A stretch of DNA of 64,000 nucleotides from Acidobacteriota bacterium (GCA_963666055.2 CAXWPH010000015.1:1376001-1440000), one strand, 5' to 3'; counted from the stretch's first letter, positions 27,562-38,431 are shown. Numbers and translations are program-made. The notes: generated from the sequence alone by a model not told the origin.

Positions 27562-30189
27562 ATGGAACCCGGCACTCGACTAGGTCACTACGAAATCCTC
27601 GCACCGCTCGGTGAAGGCGGGATGGGGGCCGTGTATCGAGCCCGCGACACCACGTTGGAGCGTGATGTCGCCATCAAGGTTCTTCCGGAGGGCTGGGCCA
27701 GCGACCCGGACCGGCTGGCTCGGTTCGAACGTGAAGCGAAGCTACTCGCCTCGGTGAATCACCCCAACATCGCCACCATCCACGGGTTCGAGGAATTCGA
27801 CGGCGTGCGCTTCATCGCCATGGAGGTCGCCGAAGGCAAGAGCCTTGCTGACCGGATCACGGCAGACGGCCGCATCCGACCCGACGAGGCTCTCGACATT
27901 GCCCGCCAGATAGCCCTGGCGCTCGAGGCAGCTCACGCGGCGGGCGTCATCCATCGCGACATGAAGCCGGCCAATGTCCACGTTGCAGCCGACGGCACGG
28001 TGAAGGTGCTGGATCTGGGGCTTGCCAAGGCCTACGAAGAGGATGGATCAGCCTCTGAGGCCTCGCAGAAGTTGAGCGAGTCACCCACGATGATGGAGGC
28101 TACGCGAGCCGGCGTGATCATGGGTACGGCTCCTTACATGAGCCGGAGCAGGCGCGCGGCAAGCCAGTAGACAAGCGCACCGACATCTGGTCGTTCGGCT
28201 GCGTGCTTCTCGAGATGCTGACCGGACAGCCGACGTTCGCCGGCGAGACGGTGAGCGACGTGATCGCGGCGATTCTCGAGCGCGAGCCCGACTGGGACGC
28301 GGTGCCCGACGATGTTCCTTGGAGGATCGTCGACCTGCTTCGACAGTGCTTGGTGAAGAACGCTGATGGACGGTTGCACGACATCGCCGACGCACGCATC
28401 GGCATCGTCACTGCCATCGCGGATCCGGAAGGCGGTGATGCCCCGCCCGCCCGATCTGATCAGGCCGCAAAGCTCTCATGGCGACGGGCGATTCCGACGC
28501 CGGTGGCAGCTGCAATGGTGGTGGTCGCTGCCGTCGCGGTGTGGGTTGCGACGCTGGGATCCAGCGGATCGCCTGCACCACCGATGACCACCAAGTTGAC
28601 CGTCGAGCTGCCCTCGTACGTGCAGCTGCAGGCCGGCGGGGCCCCCTCACCCCTGGCGATCTCGCCGGACGGCAGGCACCTGGTTTACGGAGCCCAAGAG
28701 GCGGGCGTGTACCGGCTCTATCTGAGGCGGCTGGATGAGCTGTCCGCCACGCCGTTGACCGGCTCCGAAGGTGGCTACAATCCCTTCTTCTCGCCGGATG
28801 GCCAGTGGATCGGAGCTGCGCGGGGCGAGCTGGGCTCCGGACGACACCATCATCCTGTCGCCGGGTCTCCAGACCGGTCTGGCGCGAGTGCCTGCGGCCG
28901 GGGGAGAGCCTGAAGCCCTGACGACGGTGGATTTCGACGACGGGCAGGATTCGCACCGCTGGCCAGAGGTGTTGCCGGACGGCAAAACGGTGGTATTCAA
29001 CATCATCGTCAGTTCGCAATACGACGAGGCAGAGATCGCGCTGCTTTCCCTGGAGACCGGGGAGATCACCGTGCTGCCGGTGGTCGGAGCGGACCCCAAT
29101 TACGTCTCCTCCGGCCATCTGATCATGGGGCGGGGAGAATCGTTGGTAGCGGTGCCCTTCGACCTGCAGCGGCTCGAGGTAACGGGCTCTGCCGTTGTCG
29201 TGGTGGAGGACGTATTCGTCACCGCCGGCGGGCCCGGGTCAGCGTTCTTTGCGGCCTCCGCCAGCGGAACGCTCGCCTACACGCCTATTCGTCCGAACGA
29301 TCGCAGGTTGGTGCTGGTTGATCGGCGTGGTCAACAGCGGCCAATACAACTGGAGCCAGGACCGTTCCTTACGCCGCGCTTCTCGCCTGATGGTCAACAG
29401 ATCGCCTACGAAATCGACGATGACATCTGGATCTACGACCTGACTCGGGAAACGTCCGACCGGTTCACTACGGATCCTGCGATCGACAACACCCCGTTAT
29501 GGGCAGCAGACGGTGAGAGTCTCGTGTTCAGCTCCCATCGGGTCGGGTTTTCGGACCTTTTTCAGAAGCCAACGACGGGGCGTGCTCCGGCTGAGCTCTT
29601 GGCAGCGAGCGTGAACTACCAATATGCCGGCTCTTTTTCTGCCGATGGACGCTTCCTCTTGTACGCCGAGCAGGGACTTACTACTGACTGGGACATCTGG
29701 GTGCTGCCCATGGCGGAACCCGACAAGCCCCGACCGTTGATACAAACGGAGTTTGCCGAGGTCCAACCAAACTTTTCAACGGACGGGCAGTGGATTGCAT
29801 ACCAGTCTGACGAATCCGGTGGCGATGAGATCTACGTCGCGCCGTTTTCCGGCGAGGGTAGACGGGTTCGGATCTCGGGCGACGGTGGGCACTCGCCGTT
29901 CTGGGGACCCGATGGAAGCGAGCTCTTCTTCTGGAGCCAGACCACCAACAGGTTGATGGCCGTTCCGATCTCGTTTGAGCCGGAATTTCAGGCGGGGACG
30001 GCGCAATCGCTGTTGGCCGGCGACTACCTCGTGACAAGCATTACCGGTCGTCTCCAACGAGACTTCGACATTGCGCCGAACGGTGAGGAGTTCGTGATGA
30101 TCCGGGAGAGCCAGCAGGAGGCCCCGGACATCGTCATCGTCCTCAATTGGTTCGACGAGCTGAAGCGGCTCGTGCCGACGGACCCTTAG
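27562..30189 (+). pseudogene. Ser/Thr protein kinase with TM segment and TolB/PD40 propeller, frameshifted twice
   Basis: GEGGMG, VAIK, HRDMKPAN, DLGLAK, GTAPYMS; 1-nt loss near 28143 (AGCCGGAG for AGC-CCG-GAG); apparent deletion/frameshift near 28812; ends NWFDELKRLVPTDP. Confidence 0.88.
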
Positions 30190-30279
30190 TGTCCCCAGCC
30201 GAGTCTGGCGACGCCGGCTATGCGCCTGGATCCAACGAGATCTCCAGATACCTGAAGACACGAAATCAACAAGGAGCTC

Positions 30280-31011
30280 ATGTCCATGCCTCGTCGATAC
30301 GTCCTCGCCGGTGCGCTCCTGGCGGCGGGTTTGGCCATGTTGGCGCCGGTCAGGCTACAAGCGCAGGCTGACCCGGATCCGAACCGCTTTGCCGACGAGA
30401 TCAACGCCTTCGAGCAATGGGACCGTAAGAACGCCGTACCTCGACAGCCGGTCTTGTTCGTCGGCAGTTCGAGCATCCGCTACTGGCTCACGGCCGCGTC
30501 TTTTCCGGATGTCTCGGTCATCAATCGTGGGTTCGGCGGGGCTCACATCTCCGACGTGCACCATTTCGCCGAGCGCATCGTGTTGAAGTATGCGCCGAGC
30601 GCCGTCATTTTCTACGCTGGCGACAACGACGTCGCAGGTGGGAAGAGTCCAGAGCAGGTGTTCGAGGATTACCGTGCCTTCGTCCGCCTGGTGCATGATG
30701 CGTTGCCGGCGACGCCGATCCTCTTTTTGCCCATCAAGCCCAGCCTGAGCCGCTGGGCTCTGTGGCCTCGAATGGAGCAGGCCAACAAACTGATTCGCGA
30801 TTACTCGGACAAGGAACCGCTACTGTTCTACGCTGACATTGCCACGCCAATGCTCGGTCGCGACGGCAACCCTCGCCCGGCGCTGTTTGTCGAAGACGGG
30901 CTGCACCTGAGCGAGACGGGCTACCAGCTGTGGACACGTATCGTGGCGCCGTACCTCGACCGTATGCGATCCGCCGCAGATCAATCGACGAGCACCTCTA
31001 GCGGATCGTGA
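30280..31011 (+). CDS. SGNH/GDSL lipase/esterase, exported
   Basis: FVGSSS, NRGFGG, YAGDND, DGLH. Confidence 0.9.
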   Translation: MSMPRRYVLAGALLAAGLAMLAPVRLQAQADPDPNRFADEINAFEQWDRKNAVPRQPVLFVGSSSIRYWLTAASFPDVSVINRGFGGAHISDVHHFAERIVLKYAPSAVIFYAGDNDVAGGKSPEQVFEDYRAFVRLVHDALPATPILFLPIKPSLSRWALWPRMEQANKLIRDYSDKEPLLFYADIATPMLGRDGNPRPALFVEDGLHLSETGYQLWTRIVAPYLDRMRSAADQSTSTSSGS

Positions 31012-31099
31012 CACGAGCTCTGGCTGAGGCGAACGACAGCTAGGCTTCCCGCCACAACGTGGTTGGCGTTGCGCATGTGTTGCGGTCCTTTACTCCATG

Positions 31100-31128
31100 T
31101 TGACGTTAGACCGAACGTTCGATACAGT
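31100..31128 (+). promoter_or_regulatory. Sigma70 promoter with TetR operator; probable leaderless transcript
   Basis: TTGACG (31100-31105)-N17-TACAGT (31123-31128); palindrome CGAACGTTCG in the spacer; ATG at 31135. Confidence 0.75.
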
Positions 31129-31134
31129 AGCCAC

Positions 31135-31701
31135 ATGCCAAGAACCAAATTGCGTCGTGACGAAGTCATCGAACGGATCGCGGAAGAGTTCCGCAGCCAC
31201 GGGTACGCGGCGACCAGCCTGAGCCGAATCGCCGAAGCTACCGGGCTCGGGCGGGCAAGCCTCTACCACCATTTCCCCGGCGGGAAGGACGAGATGGTCC
31301 GAGAGGTGTTCCGGAAAGTCGGCGAGGAGGTGGGCGAGATTCTGGCTCAATTGGAGGGGCCGGGGGATCCGCGTGAGCGAATCACCGGCTCGATGAAGGC
31401 TGTCGAGCGCTTCTACGCCGGCGGCGCCAAGAACTGCCTGCTCGGGTCGATGGTGTTGAGTGGTGGATCCGAGCGCTTCGCAGACGAGCTGGCGGGCGCT
31501 TTCACCGCCTGGGTCGATGCGCTGAGCGCGGTGATCGAAGACGCGAACGTGCCCCGTCGGATTGCGCGATGCCGGGCAGAGGATGCGGTGATGAAACTGC
31601 AGGGAGCGCTCGTGGTTGCGCGGGGTCTGAACGACACCGAACCGTTCCGTCGGATGATGGCGGAGCTCCCAGATGAGCTGCTCGAGGAGAACTCGTCATG
31701 A
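31135..31701 (+). CDS. TetR/AcrR family regulator
   Basis: F..HGYAATSLSRIAEATGLGRASLYHHFPGGK HTH. Confidence 0.92.
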   Translation: MPRTKLRRDEVIERIAEEFRSHGYAATSLSRIAEATGLGRASLYHHFPGGKDEMVREVFRKVGEEVGEILAQLEGPGDPRERITGSMKAVERFYAGGAKNCLLGSMVLSGGSERFADELAGAFTAWVDALSAVIEDANVPRRIARCRAEDAVMKLQGALVVARGLNDTEPFRRMMAELPDELLEENSS

Positions 31702-31726
31702 TCACCATTTTTTGTAAAGGTAGTAA

Positions 31727-31745
31727 ACCGAACGTTCGGTATAAA
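31727..31745 (+). promoter_or_regulatory. Second TetR operator upstream of the flavoprotein gene
   Basis: Perfect 14-bp palindrome ACCGAACGTTCGGT (31727-31740) with the same core as 31112-31121, adjoining TATAAA. Confidence 0.75.
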
Positions 31746-31760
31746 GCCTCGAAGGAGCAC

Positions 31761-32348
31761 ATGAAGATGACATGCCCGACCAGCGACATCGCTTTCACCT
31801 CTTCAGTGAAGGCGGCACAGCAGCAACGCGGATCCAGAGCTGGATACGCCCGCATGGAGCAAAAGGGTGGATGGAGCGACGAGATTACTCCCGAGCTCGC
31901 CGACTTCATCAGCCAGCGCGACTCCCTCTATCTCGGAACGGCCAGCGCTGACGGTCAACCGTATATCCAACATCGCGGTGGTCCGAAGGGGTTCATCAGG
32001 GTCCTCGACAACAAGACGCTGGCGCTAGCCGATTTCTCCGGGAACCGCCAGTACCTATCGGTCGGCAACCTCGATGAGAACAATCGCGCTTTCATCTTCT
32101 TGATGGACTACCCCAATCGGCGACGCATCAAGATCTGGGGATACGCAGAGTTTGTCGAGGATGCGCCGGCACTCCTCGAGCGCCTGGTCGACCCAGCCTA
32201 TGGAGCAAGCGTCGAGCGCGCGCTGGTGTTTCACGTCGAGGCGTGGGACGTGAACTGCCCCCAGCACATCAACCCGAGATTCACCGAGGAGGAGATCTCA
32301 GCTCGGCGAACCTCGGAGCCGCGGCGAGCCCTCGCAGACACCGGGTAG
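31761..32348 (+). CDS. Pyridoxamine 5'-phosphate oxidase-like FMN-binding protein
   Basis: PYIQHRGGPKGF, DFSGNRQYLSVGNL, WDVNCPQHI; RBS GAAGGAG before ATG 31761. Confidence 0.88.
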   Translation: MKMTCPTSDIAFTSSVKAAQQQRGSRAGYARMEQKGGWSDEITPELADFISQRDSLYLGTASADGQPYIQHRGGPKGFIRVLDNKTLALADFSGNRQYLSVGNLDENNRAFIFLMDYPNRRRIKIWGYAEFVEDAPALLERLVDPAYGASVERALVFHVEAWDVNCPQHINPRFTEEEISARRTSEPRRALADTG

Positions 32349-32360
32349 AGAACATCACCG

Positions 32361-33860
32361 TCACGCTCTTCGAGGTTGCCTCACGGCCGGCCTTCCGCTC
32401 CCCGGCTGGCCTGTAACGCGTCCTTCTTCGTAGACGACCTCGCCTCGGCGGATGGTGATGACCGGCCAGCCCGTAACGACCCATCCCTCGAAGGGGGTGT
32501 AATCCGAGCGCGAGGGGTCGTCGGCAGCACCGGCGATCCGTTCGAGCTCCGGGTCGAAGATCACCAGGTCGGCGATCGAGCCCTCACGAACGGTGCCACG
32601 CTCCGGGTAAAGTCCAAAGGTCCTGGCCGCTGCGGTCGAGGTGGCCTCGACGAACCGCTCTTCGGAGATCCCCCCCTTGCGAACGCCCTCGGAGAAGAGC
32701 ACGGGGCGCATGAAGCGGAGATCGCTGACGCCCGGCCGGAGCCGCCCCACATCGAGCTCCGGGTCCAGCTTCTGCTCTCGTGTCCAAGGCGCATGGTCGG
32801 TGGCAAGGAAGTCGATGCGCCCGTCTACAAGACCCCGCCACATGGCATCGACGTCAGCCGCCGACCGCAGCGGTGGCTGGCCGATATAGAGGGGGCCGTT
32901 GTCTCCCCGCAGCCACTCCTCGGTGAAGTAGAGGTAGAGGGGTCTGGTCTCGATGCTGAGCGGCAAGCGCACGGCGTGTGGGTTACGCGCCGCCGCCAGC
33001 GCCCGCGACAACGAAAGATGCACCAAGTGCATCGGCGCCCTGGTGAGCTCGCACAAAGCGACGGCTTCCTGGGTTGCGGCGACCTCGGCGATCTCGGGTC
33101 GGCTCTCGGCGTAGTGGCGGAGCGAGGTTCGACCCTCCCGGCGGAGCCGCCGGAGCGCAGCGTCCAGCATCGCACCGTCCTCGCAGTGCATGAGCGTGAC
33201 GACTCCGGCATCGCGCGCCGCCTCGAGCACATCGATCAAGGCGCTCCGATGCTGCCCGAAATCCGACTGCGTCATGAAGATCTTGTGGCTCGGCTGCCCC
33301 CGCGCCGCAAGCTCGGGCATCAGCGCCGCAAACTCAGCGCTTGGCGGCCAGGTGAAGGCATGGAAGAAAACGTCACCGATGGCGCTCACGCTGACCTCGG
33401 CAAGGCACCGGTCCATCGCCTCCACCGCGGTTTCGCCGTCACGCGGATACGCGAACGTCCCCACCGTCGTGATGCCGCCCGCCAGCGCCGGGGAGGTGCC
33501 GGTGGTGAGATCATCAACGAAGGCCCCTTGCATGTGTGTGTGCGGGTCGATGCCGCCGGGGATGACCAGGTGGCCGGTTGCGTTGATGACGCGCGCCTCA
33601 GTGCCGGCGGCGAGATCCGGCGCGACCTCGGCGATAACATCTCCCAGGATGCGCACATCGGCCGTCTGGCTGCTGTCGGCGTTGATGATCCGACCACCGC
33701 GAATCAGGGTTTCGGGCGCCTGCTGCTGTGCCCCGGGTTGCGCCGGGCCCGAAGTTCCACCTTGCCGCACGAGTGAGCCGTCGGCCTGGGCGAGGCGCGC
33801 CGTCGCACCCAGTCCGACTGCGGCCGCGGCCAGATTGTGGATTGCTTCTCGGCGGTTCAT
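32361..33860 (-). CDS. Dihydropyrimidinase/hydantoinase-like amidohydrolase with Tat signal
   Basis: PGGIDPHTH, KIFM, HCED, VHLS, ATDHAP; N-terminal NRRE. Confidence 0.85.
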   Translation of the reverse strand: MNRREAIHNLAAAAVGLGATARLAQADGSLVRQGGTSGPAQPGAQQQAPETLIRGGRIINADSSQTADVRILGDVIAEVAPDLAAGTEARVINATGHLVIPGGIDPHTHMQGAFVDDLTTGTSPALAGGITTVGTFAYPRDGETAVEAMDRCLAEVSVSAIGDVFFHAFTWPPSAEFAALMPELAARGQPSHKIFMTQSDFGQHRSALIDVLEAARDAGVVTLMHCEDGAMLDAALRRLRREGRTSLRHYAESRPEIAEVAATQEAVALCELTRAPMHLVHLSLSRALAAARNPHAVRLPLSIETRPLYLYFTEEWLRGDNGPLYIGQPPLRSAADVDAMWRGLVDGRIDFLATDHAPWTREQKLDPELDVGRLRPGVSDLRFMRPVLFSEGVRKGGISEERFVEATSTAAARTFGLYPERGTVREGSIADLVIFDPELERIAGAADDPSRSDYTPFEGWVVTGWPVITIRRGEVVYEEGRVTGQPGSGRPAVRQPRRA

Positions 33861-33939
33861 ATCGGCGTGCGTATCAACGCGGTAGCGCCATGCTCCCCCG
33901 GCACCGGCTCCGATCGCGCCACGCCCATCAGCGGCTCCC

Positions 33940-35928
33940 TTACGGCAAGCCCAGCGCGACCCATTCGGCCGGGTAGTCGCGGCCGCCGATGGCCACCACG
34001 ACGTACTGTTTGCCGTCGTGCAGGTAGGTCATCGGCGCGCTTGTCGTGCCTGCCGGCAGCTCCATCTCCCAGATCGTCTCGCCGGTGCTCTTGTCCAACG
34101 CGCGGAACATGGTTCCCCAGTGACCGCGGGCGACGCCTGGCATGGCGTCACTCCCCTCGCCGATGAACAGTATTGTCTTGGTGACGAGCGGTGCCGCCCG
34201 GTTGGCGATGCCGAGCGGCGGAAGGTCGAGATCTTGCAACATGGGGTGATTGCGTGGGCCATCACCAACCGGGACCATCCACATGTGCTCACCCTCGTTC
34301 ATGTCGATGGCGGTGAGTCGCCCGTAGGGCGGTTTGGTGAGTGGGAGGCCGAACGGAGTGGCCAGTTCCTGATGCCGCTGTCGCCAGCCGCGACCGGCTG
34401 CCCCTGCTGGTGCCCTCTTGATCACGTAGTCCATCGTCGCGTCGCCGGTGGCTGCGACCATGTCGTTGATGTACGGGAGCGTGTGCGACGCGGCGTAGAA
34501 CACGCCGGTCTCCGGATCGAACGCCGGAGTGTGCCAGTTCGCCGCACCCCAGGTTCCCGGTACCACGATCGTGCCGTTGGCCGCCTCGTCCGCCAACGAC
34601 GGCGGCGTGAAGATCGGACCGGTGACGTACTGATTCATGATCCTGAGCGCCTCGGCCCTGAGCTCGGGCGTGAAGTCGATCAGGTCGTCCTCGGTCAAGC
34701 CCTGGCGGTCGAACGGTGGCGGCTTGGTCGGAAACGGCTGCGTCGGCGAGGTCTGCTCGCCGGGAACCGTCGATTGCGGTACCGGCCGCTCTTCGATGGG
34801 CCACACCGGCTCGCCCGACTCCCGATCAAAGACGTAAACAAACCCGGTCTTGTTGGGCTGCATCACCGCCTTGATCCGCTTGCCATCGACCGTGATGTCA
34901 CCGAGAACAGGGGCGCCGATGTTGTCGTAGTCCCAGAGATCGTGATGAACCATCTGGAAATGCCACACGCGCTTGCCGGTCTTGGCGTCGATGGCCACAA
35001 GGCTGTCGGCGTACAGGTTGTCCCCGGGCCGGTGGCCTCCGTAGAGGCTGTTGCTGGGAGCGGTCAGCGGCACATACACGTAGCCGAGCTCTTCGTCGGC
35101 GCTGAGCCCGCACCAGGCACCCATGGCGCCCCCGTACCACCACGAGTCACCCCAGGTGTCCTCGCCGAACTCGCCCGGCCGTGGCCTCACGTGGAACGTC
35201 CACATGAGCTCGCCGGTACGCACGTCGTAACCCCGTACATCCTCCGGAGCGGCTTCTTTCTTGTTTCCGAAGTCGCCACCGCCACCGCCGTTCCCGGCAA
35301 CGACCACAACGTCGCCGACGACAACCGGGCCGCCGCTCGACCAGAAGTTCCCTGCCCACGGCAAGTCGCGGTCGAGGTCGACGCGCCCGTCTTTGCCGAA
35401 GTCAGGGTAGTACGTGCCGGTTCTGGCGTTCAGGGCGTAGAGGTACCCGGCTCTCGCCACGAAGACGCGCCGGTCGGTGCCGCTCTCCCAGTAGTCGAGG
35501 CCGCGGGAGCTCGAGCCCCTCATGCCTTCCGGGGTGCTGTCGAACGGCTCCTGTCCCCAGACCGTCTTGCCGGTTCCGGCGTCGAAGGCCTCCACCAGCC
35601 CGACGCCGTTGGGGGCGTAGAGCACCCCACCGACCATGATCGGCGTCGACCGCAGGTTGTCGTTGACGTTGAGATCGGGGAACGCCTGTTTCAGCTGGGC
35701 GGTTACCTTGGGGCGACGCCAGAGGATCTCGAGATCGCCGACGTTGTCGAGATTGATCTGATCAAGAGGCGAGTACCTGGTGAACCCCTTGTCCCCGCCG
35801 TAGTAGTGCCACTCGCCCACCCGCTCCGGCGCGCTCTCCTGGGCCCGAGCTATCAGGCCCGTCGCCATGACAAGGCCCACACACAGGGCCGTCCTGATCG
35901 ATCGTTGGATCCCCAGCATCCCCGACAC
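33940..35928 (-). CDS. PQQ-dependent dehydrogenase (glucose/quinate type, soluble)
   Basis: RYSPLDQI, WHFQMVHHDLWDYD, WPIEERPVPQS, PPYG. Confidence 0.9.
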   Translation of the reverse strand: MSGMLGIQRSIRTALCVGLVMATGLIARAQESAPERVGEWHYYGGDKGFTRYSPLDQINLDNVGDLEILWRRPKVTAQLKQAFPDLNVNDNLRSTPIMVGGVLYAPNGVGLVEAFDAGTGKTVWGQEPFDSTPEGMRGSSSRGLDYWESGTDRRVFVARAGYLYALNARTGTYYPDFGKDGRVDLDRDLPWAGNFWSSGGPVVVGDVVVVAGNGGGGGDFGNKKEAAPEDVRGYDVRTGELMWTFHVRPRPGEFGEDTWGDSWWYGGAMGAWCGLSADEELGYVYVPLTAPSNSLYGGHRPGDNLYADSLVAIDAKTGKRVWHFQMVHHDLWDYDNIGAPVLGDITVDGKRIKAVMQPNKTGFVYVFDRESGEPVWPIEERPVPQSTVPGEQTSPTQPFPTKPPPFDRQGLTEDDLIDFTPELRAEALRIMNQYVTGPIFTPPSLADEAANGTIVVPGTWGAANWHTPAFDPETGVFYAASHTLPYINDMVAATGDATMDYVIKRAPAGAAGRGWRQRHQELATPFGLPLTKPPYGRLTAIDMNEGEHMWMVPVGDGPRNHPMLQDLDLPPLGIANRAAPLVTKTILFIGEGSDAMPGVARGHWGTMFRALDKSTGETIWEMELPAGTTSAPMTYLHDGKQYVVVAIGGRDYPAEWVALGLP

Positions 35929-36104
35929 CTCCTGGTTACGGATTCCCTAGGTCGTTGAAAGTCGGTGCCCTGAGCGCCCGAGCCTTCCGCGCAACACTCT
36001 ATTCGCGCCACAGCGCCCAAGCGAACCCTCTGGGAGGTGCCGCAGGCAAAACAGTTGCCAGGGTGCCGAAGAACTCTGGCCCACTAGCGTTGTTCAACAC
36101 CCTG

Positions 36105-37073
36105 CTAGAAGGTGGCGATCGGATTCAGTGGGGATCCCGTTCCGCCGGGAACGCGCAGGGGCGCCGCCGTCAGCAGAAACTCCCAACGGTTCTGCCGTGC
36201 TGCCTCCGCCGCAACGTCTTCGAGATCGAGGTTGTCGAAGATCGGCATACCCAACGCCACCAGCGCCGGGACGTGGACCGGATGGGTCTCGCCTTCGACA
36301 CCCGATGGGAACACGTCGGCGGCCGAGTCGCTCCCGAGAATCGCGACGCCGCGCTCCTTGAGCCACTTGATCGTCGAGGCATGGAGTCCCGCCTCTTGTT
36401 CTTCGACGACCCATGGGCCGCTCTCGTCTCGCAAAGCCCACCGCCCGGTGCGGATCAGTACGACGTCTCCCGCGCCCACCGTGACCTGCGCTTGCCGCTC
36501 CCAGGCCTCCAGATCTTCGATGTAGATCGGCGTGCCGCTGGCGAGGTAGGGAACGTTCTTGAGCCGTGGGATATCCATCAGAATGCCGCGCGTAAAGATG
36601 CCGTGGCGAGCCGCCGTCACCGCCAGCTGCCCGCATCCGGCCTCGGTCACGCTGCTGCGAGCATAGCCGTTGTACGTCTTCCCATCGTGAAAGCGATGGC
36701 AGAGCGCATCCATGTGGCTGTGAGCATATCCGTGGAAGACCACGCCGATATCGTCGACCGCCCACGGCCCCTCAGTGGCGCCATGCAGCAGCATCTGGTG
36801 GCGATAGGGATTGCCGTTGTCGGGACTGCTCTCGGTGAGAGTGTCATGCGCCATCGATACCGAGATGCCCTTCGTTACCAGGGCTGCGGCTGCTTTGCGC
36901 TGCTGCTGCGTGATCAGATTCAGGGTGCCGAGCTGGTCGTTGTCTCCCCAGCGTCCCCAGTTGGAGAGCTCCGTCATCCAACGGTCATAGGTGGCGCGAT
37001 CCACCGGCCTTGGTCCCTGTGCCGAAAGCGGCGTCGCCAAGAGTAGAACCAAGCCAGCCGTCCAAATCTTCAT
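36105..37073 (-). CDS. Cyclase family (kynurenine formamidase-like) exported protein
   Basis: SNWGRWG..DQLGTLNLI, HG-x-x-HSHMDALCH, IRTG, GGTGSPLNPIATF. Confidence 0.88.
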   Translation of the reverse strand: MKIWTAGLVLLLATPLSAQGPRPVDRATYDRWMTELSNWGRWGDNDQLGTLNLITQQQRKAAAALVTKGISVSMAHDTLTESSPDNGNPYRHQMLLHGATEGPWAVDDIGVVFHGYAHSHMDALCHRFHDGKTYNGYARSSVTEAGCGQLAVTAARHGIFTRGILMDIPRLKNVPYLASGTPIYIEDLEAWERQAQVTVGAGDVVLIRTGRWALRDESGPWVVEEQEAGLHASTIKWLKERGVAILGSDSAADVFPSGVEGETHPVHVPALVALGMPIFDNLDLEDVAAEAARQNRWEFLLTAAPLRVPGGTGSPLNPIATF

Positions 37074-37279
37074 CGTGTGCACCAGACCTCCCGACGGATT
37101 CGATGCTGAGCGCAGACTCTGCGCGACCGAGTGTGTGCTTTCTCCATATCGAAGACAGCACACTAGCAGAGAGCAAGCCTGCATCGCCCGAGCTTCGGGT
37201 ATGCTCACCATGGCGTCGGTGTTGAGCCCCGGCGGCTCGCACAGCCGCCTGCCAGCCACGGATCGTCGGAGTCTGTCCC

Positions 37280-38431
37280 ATGAGCATCGCCGCGGAACGC
37301 CTCGACGCGTTCGCCCTGGCCCGACCGACCGCCGTTCCATGGTTCCTGTGGGCCGTAGCGTTCGCGTCCACGTCGGTGTTGGTCGGGGTGGTCTGGGACA
37401 TCTCCTGGCACTCGACGATCGGGCGCGACACTTTCTGGACCCCGGCGCATCTGGCGATCTACCTGGGCGGCGTTGTGGCCGGTCTCGCTTGTGGGGGCCA
37501 CGTCTTGTGGCTGTCGTTCATCGCCCCGGCCGAGAAGCGGGCGTCGTCCGTTTGCTTTTGGCGCTGGTTCTACGGTCCGATGGGCGCCTGGCTGTGCATC
37601 TGGGGGGCGTTGGCGATGATTACCTCGGCGCCATTCGACGACTGGTGGCACAACGCCTACGGTCTAGATGTCGAGATTCTGAGCCCGCCGCACATCGTCC
37701 TCCTGTTCGGAATCATGGCGATCCAGGTCGGGGCGCTGGTCATGGCGCTGGCGCGGCAGAACCGCTTCCCCGAGGATCGCGCACTGCCCTGGATCTATGC
37801 CTACACCGCCGGCCTGTTGATCCTCGGACTCGACACCGCGGCGTCGGAGTACCTGGCGCGGCCCAACCAGTGGCACAGCCAGGAGTTCTTCACCGTCAGC
37901 GCGCTGCTGTTTCCGCTGCTACTGGTGGGTGCTGCCAAGGGCGGTGGCCTGCGATGGCCGGCGACCGCAGCCGCCGGCGTCTACATGACCTTCAAGGTCG
38001 GCATGATCCTGGTCCTACAGTTGTTCCCCGCCACACCGATGCTGGCGCCGATCTATAACCCGGTGGACCGTATGGTCCCGCCGAGCTTCCCGCTCTTGCT
38101 GGTAGTAGCGGCAGTCGCCATCGACCTGTTGTTGGGGTGGCTCGATAGGCGCTGGCGTTGGTTGCAGGCACTGGTGATCGGCGTCGTCTTCCTGGCGGTT
38201 CACTTTGTGGTTCAGTGGCTGATGGGCGATCTGCTGCTGACACCGCTGGGGCGCAACGCCCTCTTCGTAGCCGACCGGTTCTCCTACATGGCGCAGCCCG
38301 GCGACTGGTGGTTCTCGTTCTGGGGGCGCACTGCGAACGCCGGAGGTATGGCCATTGCCGCCGTCATCGCGGTGTTTTCCGCCCGCGTGGGGCTGAGCTG
38401 GGGCGTCTGGATGGAGCGCGTGCAGCGGTGA
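37280..38431 (+). CDS. Polytopic membrane protein with PmoC/AmoC-like D-x3-H-x12-H and D-x3-H-x13-H motifs
   Basis: DISWHSTIGRDTFWTPAH (D40,H44,H57) and DDWWHNAYGLDVEILSPPH (D120,H124,H138); about 9 hydrophobic helices. Confidence 0.75.
   Translation: MSIAAERLDAFALARPTAVPWFLWAVAFASTSVLVGVVWDISWHSTIGRDTFWTPAHLAIYLGGVVAGLACGGHVLWLSFIAPAEKRASSVCFWRWFYGPMGAWLCIWGALAMITSAPFDDWWHNAYGLDVEILSPPHIVLLFGIMAIQVGALVMALARQNRFPEDRALPWIYAYTAGLLILGLDTAASEYLARPNQWHSQEFFTVSALLFPLLLVGAAKGGGLRWPATAAAGVYMTFKVGMILVLQLFPATPMLAPIYNPVDRMVPPSFPLLLVVAAVAIDLLLGWLDRRWRWLQALVIGVVFLAVHFVVQWLMGDLLLTPLGRNALFVADRFSYMAQPGDWWFSFWGRTANAGGMAIAAVIAVFSARVGLSWGVWMERVQR

Noticed and set aside
28140-28815. Programmed frameshifting in the kinase gene
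   Set aside because: No slippery heptamer; two independent lesions, one apparently removing coding sequence, fit decay or error better.
34018-35958. Long antisense ORFs (646 aa here; also 2378-3640, 32376-33776, 41665-43200, 56855-58588)
   Set aside because: Shadow frames of well-supported genes in high-GC DNA, with no motifs of their own.
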